Origin: a virus
Taxonomy: Duplodnaviria > Caudoviricetes
Virus record (IMG/VR): IMGVR_UViG_642555159_000003
Location: 25,885-89,884 of that record
Length of the DNA stretch: 64,000 bases
Direction: 5' to 3' (one strand)
A program made the position numbers and the translations under genes. How positions within the stretch are numbered: position 1 is the first letter of the stretch; each line of letters opens with the position of its first letter. The notes below the pieces were generated by a model. It saw only the letters and a list, made by a program, of their open reading frames with translations, did not search any database and was not told the origin of the DNA. This document shows, one piece after another, positions 8,449-17,518 of this stretch.

Positions 8449-9249
8449 TTGGAGTCTTACATGCAACAATCTTCATCAACTGCTGTAAATGTAGCACCGT
8501 TAAATGCGGTTGTCGATCCCCTCGATTGCCCTGTAATCGTGTGGGAAGGAGTGAGGGTCGTCACGACTGATACTCTTGCCAAAGGATACGGAACGGATGA
8601 GTCCAATATCCGTAAAAATCACTCTCGTAACAATTCCCGATTTATTGAGGGGATCCATATTTTCACTGTTAAAGGAGGAGAGCTGAAGAGTTTGCGAGTG
8701 ACTAATAGTCACGCACAAATTTCAAACAAAGCGCGCTCTGTGACGCTCTGGACAGAAAAAGGCGCGGCTCGCATGTCAAAAATTGTCGATACTGACGAGG
8801 CGTGGTCTTTCTTTGAGCGCCTGGAGGATTCGTACTTCCGTCCAGCCACGGCTGTAGGCATCCCACTTACCTACGAAGCGGCTTTAGAAGACCTGCTGGC
8901 AAAGGTGAAGGAAAACCGGGTTATCACCGAACAGCGTGACCGGGCAGTGAAAGAGAAGCTTTGGATCTCTGAGAAGCGGGAAGCTACTGCTATGGCGACC
9001 GCCTCTGCGGAGAAACGTAAGGCGAATGCTTTGGCTGAGAAATTGGGTGAATGCAAAAAACACGCGACTATTAAAGCAGTGCAGCGAGTAACTGGTAAGT
9101 CATTCAGCCACTGGCCGTTGAAGAAATGGTGTGCCGCTAATGGCATGGAGCCTAAAGACGTACCGGATGCGACCTACGGTAGTGTAAAATCATGGCCCGC
9201 AGAGGCATGGAAGGCAGTTAACCAAATCGACATAAAGGGGATGTTCTGA
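8449..9249 (+). CDS. ORF6N-domain antirepressor-type protein
   Basis: RVVTTDTLAKGYGT...FIEGIHIF...LWTEKGAARMSKIVDTDEAW; likely start 8461. Confidence 0.8.
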   Translation: MESYMQQSSSTAVNVAPLNAVVDPLDCPVIVWEGVRVVTTDTLAKGYGTDESNIRKNHSRNNSRFIEGIHIFTVKGGELKSLRVTNSHAQISNKARSVTLWTEKGAARMSKIVDTDEAWSFFERLEDSYFRPATAVGIPLTYEAALEDLLAKVKENRVITEQRDRAVKEKLWISEKREATAMATASAEKRKANALAEKLGECKKHATIKAVQRVTGKSFSHWPLKKWCAANGMEPKDVPDATYGSVKSWPAEAWKAVNQIDIKGMF

Positions 9250-9521
9250 TGCAGGCTTTACAGCGAGTAAGCGCCCCGGTGTACGTGGTTTCTAATCATG
9301 GCAAGACGTTCCGCTGTTTTAGTCGAAACACAGCAATTAAGCGGCTTGCTCATTTTATGACCCAGCGGATGTTCTGTCGCGCAGGTATTGAGACACGACC
9401 GGTTACGAAGGTGGATCGTGATGACGTAGCTATCCACTACATCAACAAGCCAATCCAGCGTTACTGGGATGCACAGGCGAGATGTGAAAGGCGGCTGAGA
9501 AAGATCCTTTCCAGAAAGTAG
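9249..9521 (+). CDS. Hypothetical phage protein
   Basis: TGATG overlap with upstream gene; 90 aa basic protein. Confidence 0.6.
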   Translation: MQALQRVSAPVYVVSNHGKTFRCFSRNTAIKRLAHFMTQRMFCRAGIETRPVTKVDRDDVAIHYINKPIQRYWDAQARCERRLRKILSRK

Positions 9522-9549
9522 CACCACCCTTTAGCAAAGCTATAACCCA

Positions 9550-9572
9550 AACCCGCTTAACTGCGGGTTTTG
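9550..9572 (+). terminator. Intrinsic terminator
   Basis: AAACCCGC-TTAACT-GCGGGTTTT. Confidence 0.7.
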
Positions 9573-9655
9573 TCGTCGCCATGGATAGATGATCAGTTTA
9601 TATAGCGATGTCCCGCGTGATAAATTTACGGAAATACATTTCGTGGTGAATCAAA

Positions 9656-10030
9656 GTGGAAGATGAAAAAAAGCGCCAAATGCAGCTTCAACTGACACTT
9701 CAGCGACGACTGGAGAAAGTCACTCCAGAGCTATTCTCTGAATATCTTTTCGAACGCGGCGTCAAAACAGTCATATGTCCAATGTGTGGTAGTGATGATA
9801 TTTCTATCCCTAACGCCAGTTCGATGACTGTAGGGCCTGAAGGGTGTGAAAGCAACACTTATGCCATTCCAGTCAAACTAGACACAGAAGGGCCACCATA
9901 CTCATTGGTGAAATATGAGTATCGATTGATATGCAAAAACTGTGCGTATTCGATGCATTTTGCAACGTGGCCGGTATTGAAGTGGGTGGAGCAGAAGCTT
10001 TCTGATTCAGGGAAGGGAACCAATGGTTAA
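9656..10030 (+). CDS. Hypothetical Zn-ribbon protein
   Basis: CPMC...CKNC pairs; GTG start. Confidence 0.7.
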   Translation: MEDEKKRQMQLQLTLQRRLEKVTPELFSEYLFERGVKTVICPMCGSDDISIPNASSMTVGPEGCESNTYAIPVKLDTEGPPYSLVKYEYRLICKNCAYSMHFATWPVLKWVEQKLSDSGKGTNG

Positions 10031-10400
10031 TAAAAAAATAGATGATAATATTTATTTTGGAGACTTCCCTAAACATGGTGGCGGCGGAAGCGGAGGTGGT
10101 GAAATGCTCGAAGTACGAGTGGCTAAGCTTGAATCCAACGTTGAGGATATCAAAGCAAACCTGTCTGAGGCGCGGGTTGACATTCGAGACCTTCGTAACA
10201 CGTCATCAGGAACAAGTAGAGATGTGGCGGTAATTCTTCAGAAACAGTTAGATATTGACGAAAAACTATCAAAAAAACCCAGTATCAGCGATATGGACAG
10301 AGCCATATCAACTGCCGCAAACAAGCAAATAATCTGGACGGTTTCTGTCATGGTAGGAATTGCGGGCCTATCAATGGCTGTAGCTAAGCTCATTTTCTAA
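10023..10400 (+). CDS. Coiled-coil protein with C-terminal transmembrane helix
   Basis: GGGGSGGG linker, heptad region RVAKLESNVEDIK..., hydrophobic IIWTVSVMVGIAGLSMAVAKLIF end; overlaps upstream gene. Confidence 0.7.
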   Translation: MVNKKIDDNIYFGDFPKHGGGGSGGGEMLEVRVAKLESNVEDIKANLSEARVDIRDLRNTSSGTSRDVAVILQKQLDIDEKLSKKPSISDMDRAISTAANKQIIWTVSVMVGIAGLSMAVAKLIF

Positions 10401-10482
10401 CGCAGGATAAGCTCAGTTTTCTCATTGACCTCACTATTCATGATGTTAGGATGTTTCCGATTGCAATCAAAGGAAACATAAA

Positions 10483-10836
10483 ATGAAGAAGGTAGTTGCT
10501 TTAGCTCTCGGGGCTTTAATGCTGTCTGGCTGTACTGTTCGCGTTGCTGATATGACCGTAGGTAGTACCAAAAACTACAACCTGAACGCAGCTAAGTTTG
10601 AAAAAGGTCAGCGCGTAACTGGTGAAGACAAAGCTCCGATTGTCATTTTCCCGCTGGGCATTCCTAGCGTTAAAACAGCAATGGATCGCGCTATTGAGAA
10701 AGATAAGTGCGCTGTAGGTTTGAGCGATGTTGTTATCTACCAGCTTAACCATGCGTTCCTGTTCGGCACGTATGGTTTCCGTGTTGAAGGTACTCAAATC
10801 ATCGATAAATCTCAGCTTGGTTGCGAAAACCGCTAA
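10483..10836 (+). CDS. Lipoprotein
   Basis: MKK + hydrophobic segment + LSGC lipobox; followed by terminator at ~10855-10880. Confidence 0.85.
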   Translation: MKKVVALALGALMLSGCTVRVADMTVGSTKNYNLNAAKFEKGQRVTGEDKAPIVIFPLGIPSVKTAMDRAIEKDKCAVGLSDVVIYQLNHAFLFGTYGFRVEGTQIIDKSQLGCENR

Positions 10837-10957
10837 TCTGCTGGGTATACTGACAAGCCACCTCCGGGTGGCTTTTCTTTTTCGAGCGCGAGATCCCTGC
10901 TAGGATTCCCTCATCTTTTACCAAAGGGGATAGCACGTCCTTGTGCCAATAGATGAG

Positions 10958-11812
10958 TCAGTTGAGGTAATTTACTTGGCGTAAACGAGGCAGCACTCGT
11001 CGCCAGTTTTCATCTGATATGCTGTGAGGGTTAGGAGCAATGTGTTTTGTTTCACGTTCGAGAATCTTCCTTCCGGCTTCCAGGGTTCGCTGATACTCAA
11101 GTGCCATTGAGTAGAAACTTGGAGCGTATTCAGATTTGAGAGTTCTCAGTGCCGGGTATGCCAGTTCGATTTTTTCCCGCATGTATTCGGCGGCATTCCA
11201 TACCCAGCATAGGGTGCAAAGTTCTTCACTGGTGAGATGCCCTGACGAAGTTGCAGGAAGCGTCTCGCGTCCAAGATATTCACCTTCCAGCACGGTCAGG
11301 TATTCGATGGCTTCGCTGACCTGCTCAGGCTGCAACTGATGAATATGCTCAACGTCGAAGCGCTGATGCACTAACTTCCAGATATCGGGATAGATTTTAC
11401 CGAGGCCAGTCGTGATTAACCGTTCTGCCGTCTGGCGCAGCGGGGTGAGTTGTTTTGCTGTGCACTGGCGAATTTTTGGCTTAATTTCCACGTTACCAGA
11501 TACCATCGCGTCATATGCCCGAATCACTTTGAGAGCGAAAGAGGCGCTGATCCACATGGCATAAGAGTAAACCAGTTCCTTGCAAACGTAAGTGCCACCG
11601 TAGCGTCCTTTACGGGAATCAACAGGTTTAAATGCTCGGATCTGAGCATTTAAAATTTCATCAATTAATTCAACGGTTTTATCTAAGCGAAGCCAGTTTG
11701 CAGGTTTGTCTTTCTCTTCGCCGCCTGATGCCTGATGCAGATCATTCAGCGAGTAGCGCCCCTGAGCGTCTTTATGGATGGTGATATCGGAGATGATGAT
11801 TTGGTTAGTCAT
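10958..11812 (-). CDS. KilA-N domain antirepressor-type protein with P22 Ant C-terminal-like domain
   Basis: GRYSLNDLHQASGG...GGTYVCKELVYSYAMWISASFALKV (KilA-N); LTSEELCTLCWVW (Ant C-terminal-like). Confidence 0.85.
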   Translation of the reverse strand: MTNQIIISDITIHKDAQGRYSLNDLHQASGGEEKDKPANWLRLDKTVELIDEILNAQIRAFKPVDSRKGRYGGTYVCKELVYSYAMWISASFALKVIRAYDAMVSGNVEIKPKIRQCTAKQLTPLRQTAERLITTGLGKIYPDIWKLVHQRFDVEHIHQLQPEQVSEAIEYLTVLEGEYLGRETLPATSSGHLTSEELCTLCWVWNAAEYMREKIELAYPALRTLKSEYAPSFYSMALEYQRTLEAGRKILERETKHIAPNPHSISDENWRRVLPRLRQVNYLN

Positions 11813-11851
11813 AATGACCTCACTGATTTTTTCGAAGTACCACTATCGGAG

Positions 11852-11934
11852 TGGTGCCGGGAGGTTCGAAACGGCTCAGTGAGACCGCGGACTTATTCCC
11901 CGTAAGGGTGTTGTATTCGTCGCCCTCCCGACAT
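11852..11934 (-). ncRNA. c4-like antisense RNA
   Basis: 5' GTCGGGAGG pairs with 3' CCTCCCGGC-ACCA; contains CACTGAG and GTTTCGA complementary to flanking target boxes. Confidence 0.8.
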
Positions 11935-12048
11935 TGTTCGGGACGTGACCGCGCTATGCGTTCACTGAATGACAGACATAAAAAAGCCAACACTGTCGGG
12001 GTTGGTTCTGACCGCACTGAGAAGAGGTTTCGACGCCTCGTGCAAAAC

Positions 12049-12077
12049 AAGATAGCGAAAGCTGACCTCGTCGTCAA
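12049..12077 (-). promoter_or_regulatory. sigma70 promoter for c4-like RNA/antirepressor operon
   Basis: Minus strand TTGACG-17 bp-TATCTT. Confidence 0.7.
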
Positions 12078-12121
12078 CAGATGGTAGGATTTGACCATCT
12101 TTTAATGTGGGGGATAGGGAT

Positions 12122-12535
12122 ATGAGTTTCGCCAGTCAATCTACACAGCAAATATTTCCATTTCCGGCTGATGTTGCCTATGAAAAACTGATTGAGGCAA
12201 TTCCAGAGGTCGGGATGTCTATAAAGCAAAAAGACGACATTTTGCGTAGAGTTTCCGTTAGTGCGGGCATCTCACTTTTTTCATGGGGTGAAAATGTCTC
12301 TATCGTGGTTAACGCCGATGGAGAGAAGTCATGTATTGTTGGTATTGATTCTTCACTTAAGCTTGGAGTAAACGTGACAGGGGCGCATAGGCATCAAAAG
12401 AATTTTGATAAAATCATCTACGCGCTTAGCAATAAGCTGAAGGAATGGCAAAGACAGCAACCATTAGATCTCGGCCCAGAAAAAACCGATGAGGACTACC
12501 TCGAAGAAGCCAGAAAAAAAGCGGGCTTAATTTAA
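12122..12535 (+). CDS. Hypothetical moron protein
   Basis: 137 aa, AT-rich, co-transcribed with downstream lipoprotein. Confidence 0.7.
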   Translation: MSFASQSTQQIFPFPADVAYEKLIEAIPEVGMSIKQKDDILRRVSVSAGISLFSWGENVSIVVNADGEKSCIVGIDSSLKLGVNVTGAHRHQKNFDKIIYALSNKLKEWQRQQPLDLGPEKTDEDYLEEARKKAGLI

Positions 12536-12549
12536 TAAAAGGAACTTAT

Positions 12550-12846
12550 ATGAAAAAAATATTGATCCCTGCAATTGCTATTATCTTGGCTGGATGTGTT
12601 TATATGGGGAAAAACTTCGATGAAACTAAACTAGCGAGCATCTCAAAGGGGGAGACTACAAAGCAGCAGGTTGTTAGTCTCTTTGGCGAACCAACTACGT
12701 CCACTTATGATTCTGACGGAAACCAAATATTGCTGTGGTCGTATAGTGAAGGTAATGCTCTCGGTGGCGCTAATTCAAAAATACTGAGTGTCAAACTGCA
12801 TGACGGAAAGGTTGAATCCTACTCGGTAAGTAAGTCAGCAATATAA
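12550..12846 (+). CDS. Lipoprotein with SmpA/OmlA(BamE)-like domain
   Basis: LAGC lipobox; ISKGETTKQQVVSLFGEP...W.Y pattern. Confidence 0.8.
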   Translation: MKKILIPAIAIILAGCVYMGKNFDETKLASISKGETTKQQVVSLFGEPTTSTYDSDGNQILLWSYSEGNALGGANSKILSVKLHDGKVESYSVSKSAI

Positions 12847-12910
12847 GATCATTAAGTTAACCATATAAACCTCGCCACGGCGGGGTTTTTTATTGCCCGG
12901 AGAAAAGAGA

Positions 12911-15900
12911 ATGACCCAGAACGTCGGCGATATTGAATATGTGATAAAGGCGGATACTGCTCAGTTGCTGAGAGCTGACAAACAGGTTCGTGACGTAACA
13001 GACGGCATGGAAGTCGGTTTCAAGCGGGCTGATAAGGCTGCATCATCTCTCACTTCCTCATTCGGATCTTTGAGCCGGGTTGCCACTTCTCTGATGGCTA
13101 TCCTGTCGGTTCAACAGGTATCTCAATACGCTGACGCCTGGACAACGCTCAACAACAAACTGGCTAACGCCATCAGGCCAAGCGAGCAACTGGTCGATGT
13201 GACGGAGCGCGTATTTAATATCACGCAGCAAACTCGCGGGAGTCTGGATGCTACGGCTTCTTTGTACGCCAGACTTGAACGAGCCACCCGGGAATATGGA
13301 ACCAGTGCTGACGATCTGGCTAAGCTGACTACCATCATCAACCAGGGATTTGTTGTCTCTGGTGCGACTGCACAAGAGGCCGAAAACGCCATTATCCAGT
13401 TGTCTCAGGGGCTGGCATCTGGCGCGCTGCGCGGTGAAGAATTTAACTCAGTGAATGAGCAGGGCAACCGCCTGATCGTTGCACTTGCCGACTCAATGGG
13501 TGTTGGTATTGGGCAGATGCGTCAGATGGCCGCCGCCGGGAAGTTGACTACTGATGTTGTGGTTAACGGATTACTTTCACAAGGGGTGACGATCGGCAAT
13601 GAGTTCGCCAATACCACGACAACTATCAGTCAGGCATTGCAGGTTGCCGGGAATAACATCACCAAGTTCTTTGGTGAAAACTCCACGGTAAAAACCGGCA
13701 CAGCCATTTTTAACGATGCCGTGATCAGCGTCAGTGAGAACATCGGCGCTCTTAGCGCCATCCTGACCGCCGCTGCTGCTGTTATGGGTAGCCGCTACGT
13801 TGGCGCACTGACAATGGCTACTGCTGCGAAGGTAAAGGCCGCTGTAGCTGCAAGAAATCAGTCTGCTGCTGAAATGCAGGCGGCGCAGGCCGTTGCAAAT
13901 AAAGCTGCCGCCGACCTCCGCGCAGCCGCTATCGCAAAAGAACGGGCGCTTGACGAGATCCGCCTTGCGGAGATGATGAAGCAGACAGCGGTTAGTGCGA
14001 CGAATGCCGCCGCTGCCGAGCAACGCTTATCTTCCGCTCGCGTAGCCGCTGCTGGTGCTGTTGATAATTACAACCGCGCTCTGGCAGCAAATAAAGCGGC
14101 ACAGGCTGGGTTAGCTACTGGAGCAGGGTTGGTTAGCCGAGGATTGTCTCTCATAGGTGGCCCAGCTGGTGCTGCCATGCTCGCGGCCAGTGCGATTCTA
14201 TATTTCTCTCAGCGAGCTAAAGAGGCCAGAGACGATGCCAATAACCTGGCGGATAGCGTCAATGAACTGAGCGCTAAGTTCCAGACTATGTCGCATACCG
14301 AGTTGGCAGCCACCATTGGCAAGTTGAGCAAGAATCTGCCAGAACTAAGCGATGCGGTAGCCGACGCACAGAAAGAATTTAACGACGCTGAATATGCAGT
14401 AAAAAACTATAACCGCGAAATAGGACGATATGGCAACACCACAAGAGGGAGAGAGGCAGCAGAAGCATTGTCTGGTGCTCAAAATAGACTTGCAATAGCT
14501 ACTTTCGAACTTGAAAAAGCACAAAACAGATTAAGCCAGACCCAGAACGCCATTAATATTGGACAGGCAACACTCAATGGCACCATGCGACAAGGCCTAC
14601 CGCTTCTCCAGAGAGAAGGCGAGGAAGCTGGTATCACTGCCGGTATGATGGGCAAGCTTGGCGATATGATCAATTTCGCCGCCAAAGCGAAGGAGAAATA
14701 TAACTCTTCCAGTCTGATGGTTATGCGCAGCGAGGATGGAGATAAACTCCTGTCCAGCCTTGAAAAGCAAAACAATCTGCTGTCCATAACAGACAAAAAA
14801 GAAAGGGCTGTAGCCGAGGCCAGACAAGCGGCCCTGGATGCGGGGGTGGATGCGCATTCAAATCAGATGAGGCAGATTGAAGAGGCCGCGGCAAAAAGAT
14901 ATGACCTTCAGGAGGCTGATTCAGCAGTAACAAAGTCTACAAAAGAGGGAACTAAAGCTGTTGATGAGGCTGCGCAGTCACTTTCAAGGCAACAGGCTGC
15001 TCTCGATCGCCTGAACACTGGTTACGCCGATGGCTCGCTCGAATTAGCGAAATACGATGCTGTTGTTGCGCTTGGTAACAAAGCATCAGCAGAGCAGATC
15101 GCCAAAGCGGAACAGCAAGCTGAGTCCATCTGGAAAGTACAGCAGGCAACCAAAGCCGCAGCAGAAGAGGAAAGGAAGCGCACACAGGCCGGACAAAACT
15201 TTACCGGATTGCAAGGGCAGGTATCACCAGTCGCCGCAGTAGATAACACCTACGCGCAGCAAATGGCACAGCTTGATGAGTATGTGCAACTTTACCCACA
15301 GAAGATTGCAGAGGCTGAGGCTGTACGCGCAGGGATTGAAGATCAGTATCACCAGAAACGCATGGCCGCAATGTGGGAGGAATGGCAGCAGCAGAGCGAG
15401 ATCAACAACATGCTTGGCTCTGCAATCGATTCCTTACAGGGGGGCGCAACCAACGCGATTACCGGCCTTATCAACGGCACTCAAAGCCTGCAGGAGTCAT
15501 TCGCAAATATTGGTTCGACAATACTCAACAGCGTTGTAAGCGCCATTGTGGATATGGGAGTTCAGTATGTTAAGAGCCTGATTATAGGTAAGGCCATGTC
15601 ATCTGCTGCAACTGCCGCACAGATTGCTGAGGCTGGCGCTCTTGCAACAGCTTGGGCTCCTGCGGCTATGGCAGCATCTATTGCGACCCAGGGCAAAGCA
15701 TCTGCTATCGGTTTGGCTGCCTATAGTTCTTCCATGGCGGCAGGGCAGGCGCTTTCTATTGCTGGCGCTCGCCGTTACGGCGGCACAGTATCAGCTGGCA
15801 ACGCCTACCGCATCAACGAAGATGGACGCTCTGAAATCTTCCAGACTGCAGGTGGGCAGCAGGCATTCATCCCGAACCAGTCAGGGAAGATTATTCCGGC

Positions 15901-16081
15901 GGACAAGGCCGGAGGTGGCGGGTCGTTTAGCCCTGTAATGAACCTCACGATAAATACTACGGGAGGAATTGGTAATGAGGAGATCGCAAGGCTGCGTAAA
16001 GTGTGGAACAACGACATGCTGAAAATGATGGTAGACCAGAGCACGCGGCCGAACGGTTTACTGCAAGGGCGGAGAAAATAA
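12911..16081 (+). CDS. Tape measure protein
   Basis: ~1056 aa Ala-rich helical; QLSQGLASGALRGEEFNSVNEQ tape-measure motif. Confidence 0.95.
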   Translation: MTQNVGDIEYVIKADTAQLLRADKQVRDVTDGMEVGFKRADKAASSLTSSFGSLSRVATSLMAILSVQQVSQYADAWTTLNNKLANAIRPSEQLVDVTERVFNITQQTRGSLDATASLYARLERATREYGTSADDLAKLTTIINQGFVVSGATAQEAENAIIQLSQGLASGALRGEEFNSVNEQGNRLIVALADSMGVGIGQMRQMAAAGKLTTDVVVNGLLSQGVTIGNEFANTTTTISQALQVAGNNITKFFGENSTVKTGTAIFNDAVISVSENIGALSAILTAAAAVMGSRYVGALTMATAAKVKAAVAARNQSAAEMQAAQAVANKAAADLRAAAIAKERALDEIRLAEMMKQTAVSATNAAAAEQRLSSARVAAAGAVDNYNRALAANKAAQAGLATGAGLVSRGLSLIGGPAGAAMLAASAILYFSQRAKEARDDANNLADSVNELSAKFQTMSHTELAATIGKLSKNLPELSDAVADAQKEFNDAEYAVKNYNREIGRYGNTTRGREAAEALSGAQNRLAIATFELEKAQNRLSQTQNAINIGQATLNGTMRQGLPLLQREGEEAGITAGMMGKLGDMINFAAKAKEKYNSSSLMVMRSEDGDKLLSSLEKQNNLLSITDKKERAVAEARQAALDAGVDAHSNQMRQIEEAAAKRYDLQEADSAVTKSTKEGTKAVDEAAQSLSRQQAALDRLNTGYADGSLELAKYDAVVALGNKASAEQIAKAEQQAESIWKVQQATKAAAEEERKRTQAGQNFTGLQGQVSPVAAVDNTYAQQMAQLDEYVQLYPQKIAEAEAVRAGIEDQYHQKRMAAMWEEWQQQSEINNMLGSAIDSLQGGATNAITGLINGTQSLQESFANIGSTILNSVVSAIVDMGVQYVKSLIIGKAMSSAATAAQIAEAGALATAWAPAAMAASIATQGKASAIGLAAYSSSMAAGQALSIAGARRYGGTVSAGNAYRINEDGRSEIFQTAGGQQAFIPNQSGKIIPADKAGGGGSFSPVMNLTINTTGGIGNEEIARLRKVWNNDMLKMMVDQSTRPNGLLQGRRK

Positions 16082-16105
16082 GCGGCCTTAAAGCCGCTTA
16101 ATAAT

Positions 16106-16345
16106 TCACTCTTGGCCAACTCCCGTTTTGACTATTTCTTCAATGATGTCGTTAACGGTATCGGCTGCTGCACGAAGCTCTTCCTTCGAGGTTGAGTTAC
16201 TTTCAATCCCATCAAAATTCATAGATCTAGTTTCTGCCAGTCTCATAAGAATTTGTTTTTGATCTTCATTAAGAATTGCGATTACGTAGCTGAGAACTGT
16301 TTTTACAGCCAATCCAGTAAGTAGTTCATTAGAAGGTGCAGCCAT
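16106..16345 (-). CDS. Hypothetical moron protein (79 aa)
   Basis: Antisense AT-rich ORF between TMP and gpM with GAGG RBS; hairpin AAGCGGC-CTTAAA-GCCGCTT at its 3' end. Confidence 0.6.
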   Translation of the reverse strand: MAAPSNELLTGLAVKTVLSYVIAILNEDQKQILMRLAETRSMNFDGIESNSTSKEELRAAADTVNDIIEEIVKTGVGQE

Positions 16346-16430
16346 GTTTTTAACCTCTTATTTTGATGGATAAACAAACGCAATTGTAACATGCAAAACC
16401 GTACAAAAATAAATCCATAAGGGCTTAAAT

Positions 16431-16778
16431 ATGCCAGAAACATTCACATGGACACCGCAGAAAGCCTACTCCGTTGAGCGAACGCCGAACGTAGCCGTCG
16501 TTAAGCTCGGTGACGGTTACGAGCAGCGACAGGTGAAGGGTATCAATCCGTTAATGGATAAATATTCGATCACCTTTCGCGGAGTCAGCGGCGCTTGCCG
16601 CAGCAACCCGGCAAAGGATGCTGAGGCATTTCTCAAGGCTCGAATGGCGGTAGAGTCATTCTACTGGACTCCATCCGATACGGGAGTGCAGGCATTGTTT
16701 GTCTGCCGCTCCTGGAATATGACAAAGACCGGGCCGCTGTTTGAACTGACGGCCACATTTGAACAAGTACCACGATAA
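16431..16778 (+). CDS. Distal tail protein (lambda gpM-like)
   Basis: KLGDGYEQR...GINP...FYWTP motif. Confidence 0.9.
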   Translation: MPETFTWTPQKAYSVERTPNVAVVKLGDGYEQRQVKGINPLMDKYSITFRGVSGACRSNPAKDAEAFLKARMAVESFYWTPSDTGVQALFVCRSWNMTKTGPLFELTATFEQVPR

Positions 16779-16813
16779 GCCACCTCCTGGTGGTTTTTTA
16801 ATGGGAGTTTGCC

Positions 16814-17518
16814 GTGCGCGACATACCAGCAAATTTGATTATCGACAGCGTGGACGCCGGAGTTGGCGCATTTATCGACCTGTTCGAAGCTGACCTGCAA
16901 CCATTTGGTGGTGACCTTATCCGTTTCCATTCCGGCACAAACGGCTATTACGGCAATGTTATCTGGAAAGGTAACCAGTACCAGGCGTACCCGATAGCGG
17001 TTGAAGGATTCGAGTCAAAGAACGAAGGCACATATGCCCGCCCATCAATGTCGGTGGCGAACGTTACCGGCCTGCTGACCGGGATTAACCATGACTTTGA
17101 CGACATGCTGGGCGTGGTTATTACCCGGCGTCAGGTTCCGGTGAAATATCTGGACGCGGTGAATTTTCCGAACGGCAATCCTGATGCAGATCCGACACAG
17201 GAAGCCGTTTCCCGCTACGTTGTGGAAGAGATGACCGAAGAGACATTTGAGCAGGTCACTTACACGCTGGCGACGCCGATTGACTGCGATAACGCCATCA
17301 TCCCGGCCAGAACTATCCTTGCAGACGTATGTCAGTGGCAGTATCGGGGTGTTGGGTGCGGCTATGACGGCCCCCCTGTTGCAGACGAGCGCGACAACCC
17401 AACCACTGACCCGGCGAAGGACAAATGCTCACATCGACGTACTGGTTGCCGGTTCCGCTATCCACGGCCTGAACCAATGCCAATAAGCAGTTTCCCTGGC
17501 TCTCAAAAGGTCTCCTGA
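16814..17518 (+). CDS. Tail tip protein L
   Basis: VKYLDAVNF motif and C-terminal Cys cluster (CQWQYRGVGC...CSH...GC). Confidence 0.9.
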   Translation: MRDIPANLIIDSVDAGVGAFIDLFEADLQPFGGDLIRFHSGTNGYYGNVIWKGNQYQAYPIAVEGFESKNEGTYARPSMSVANVTGLLTGINHDFDDMLGVVITRRQVPVKYLDAVNFPNGNPDADPTQEAVSRYVVEEMTEETFEQVTYTLATPIDCDNAIIPARTILADVCQWQYRGVGCGYDGPPVADERDNPTTDPAKDKCSHRRTGCRFRYPRPEPMPISSFPGSQKVS

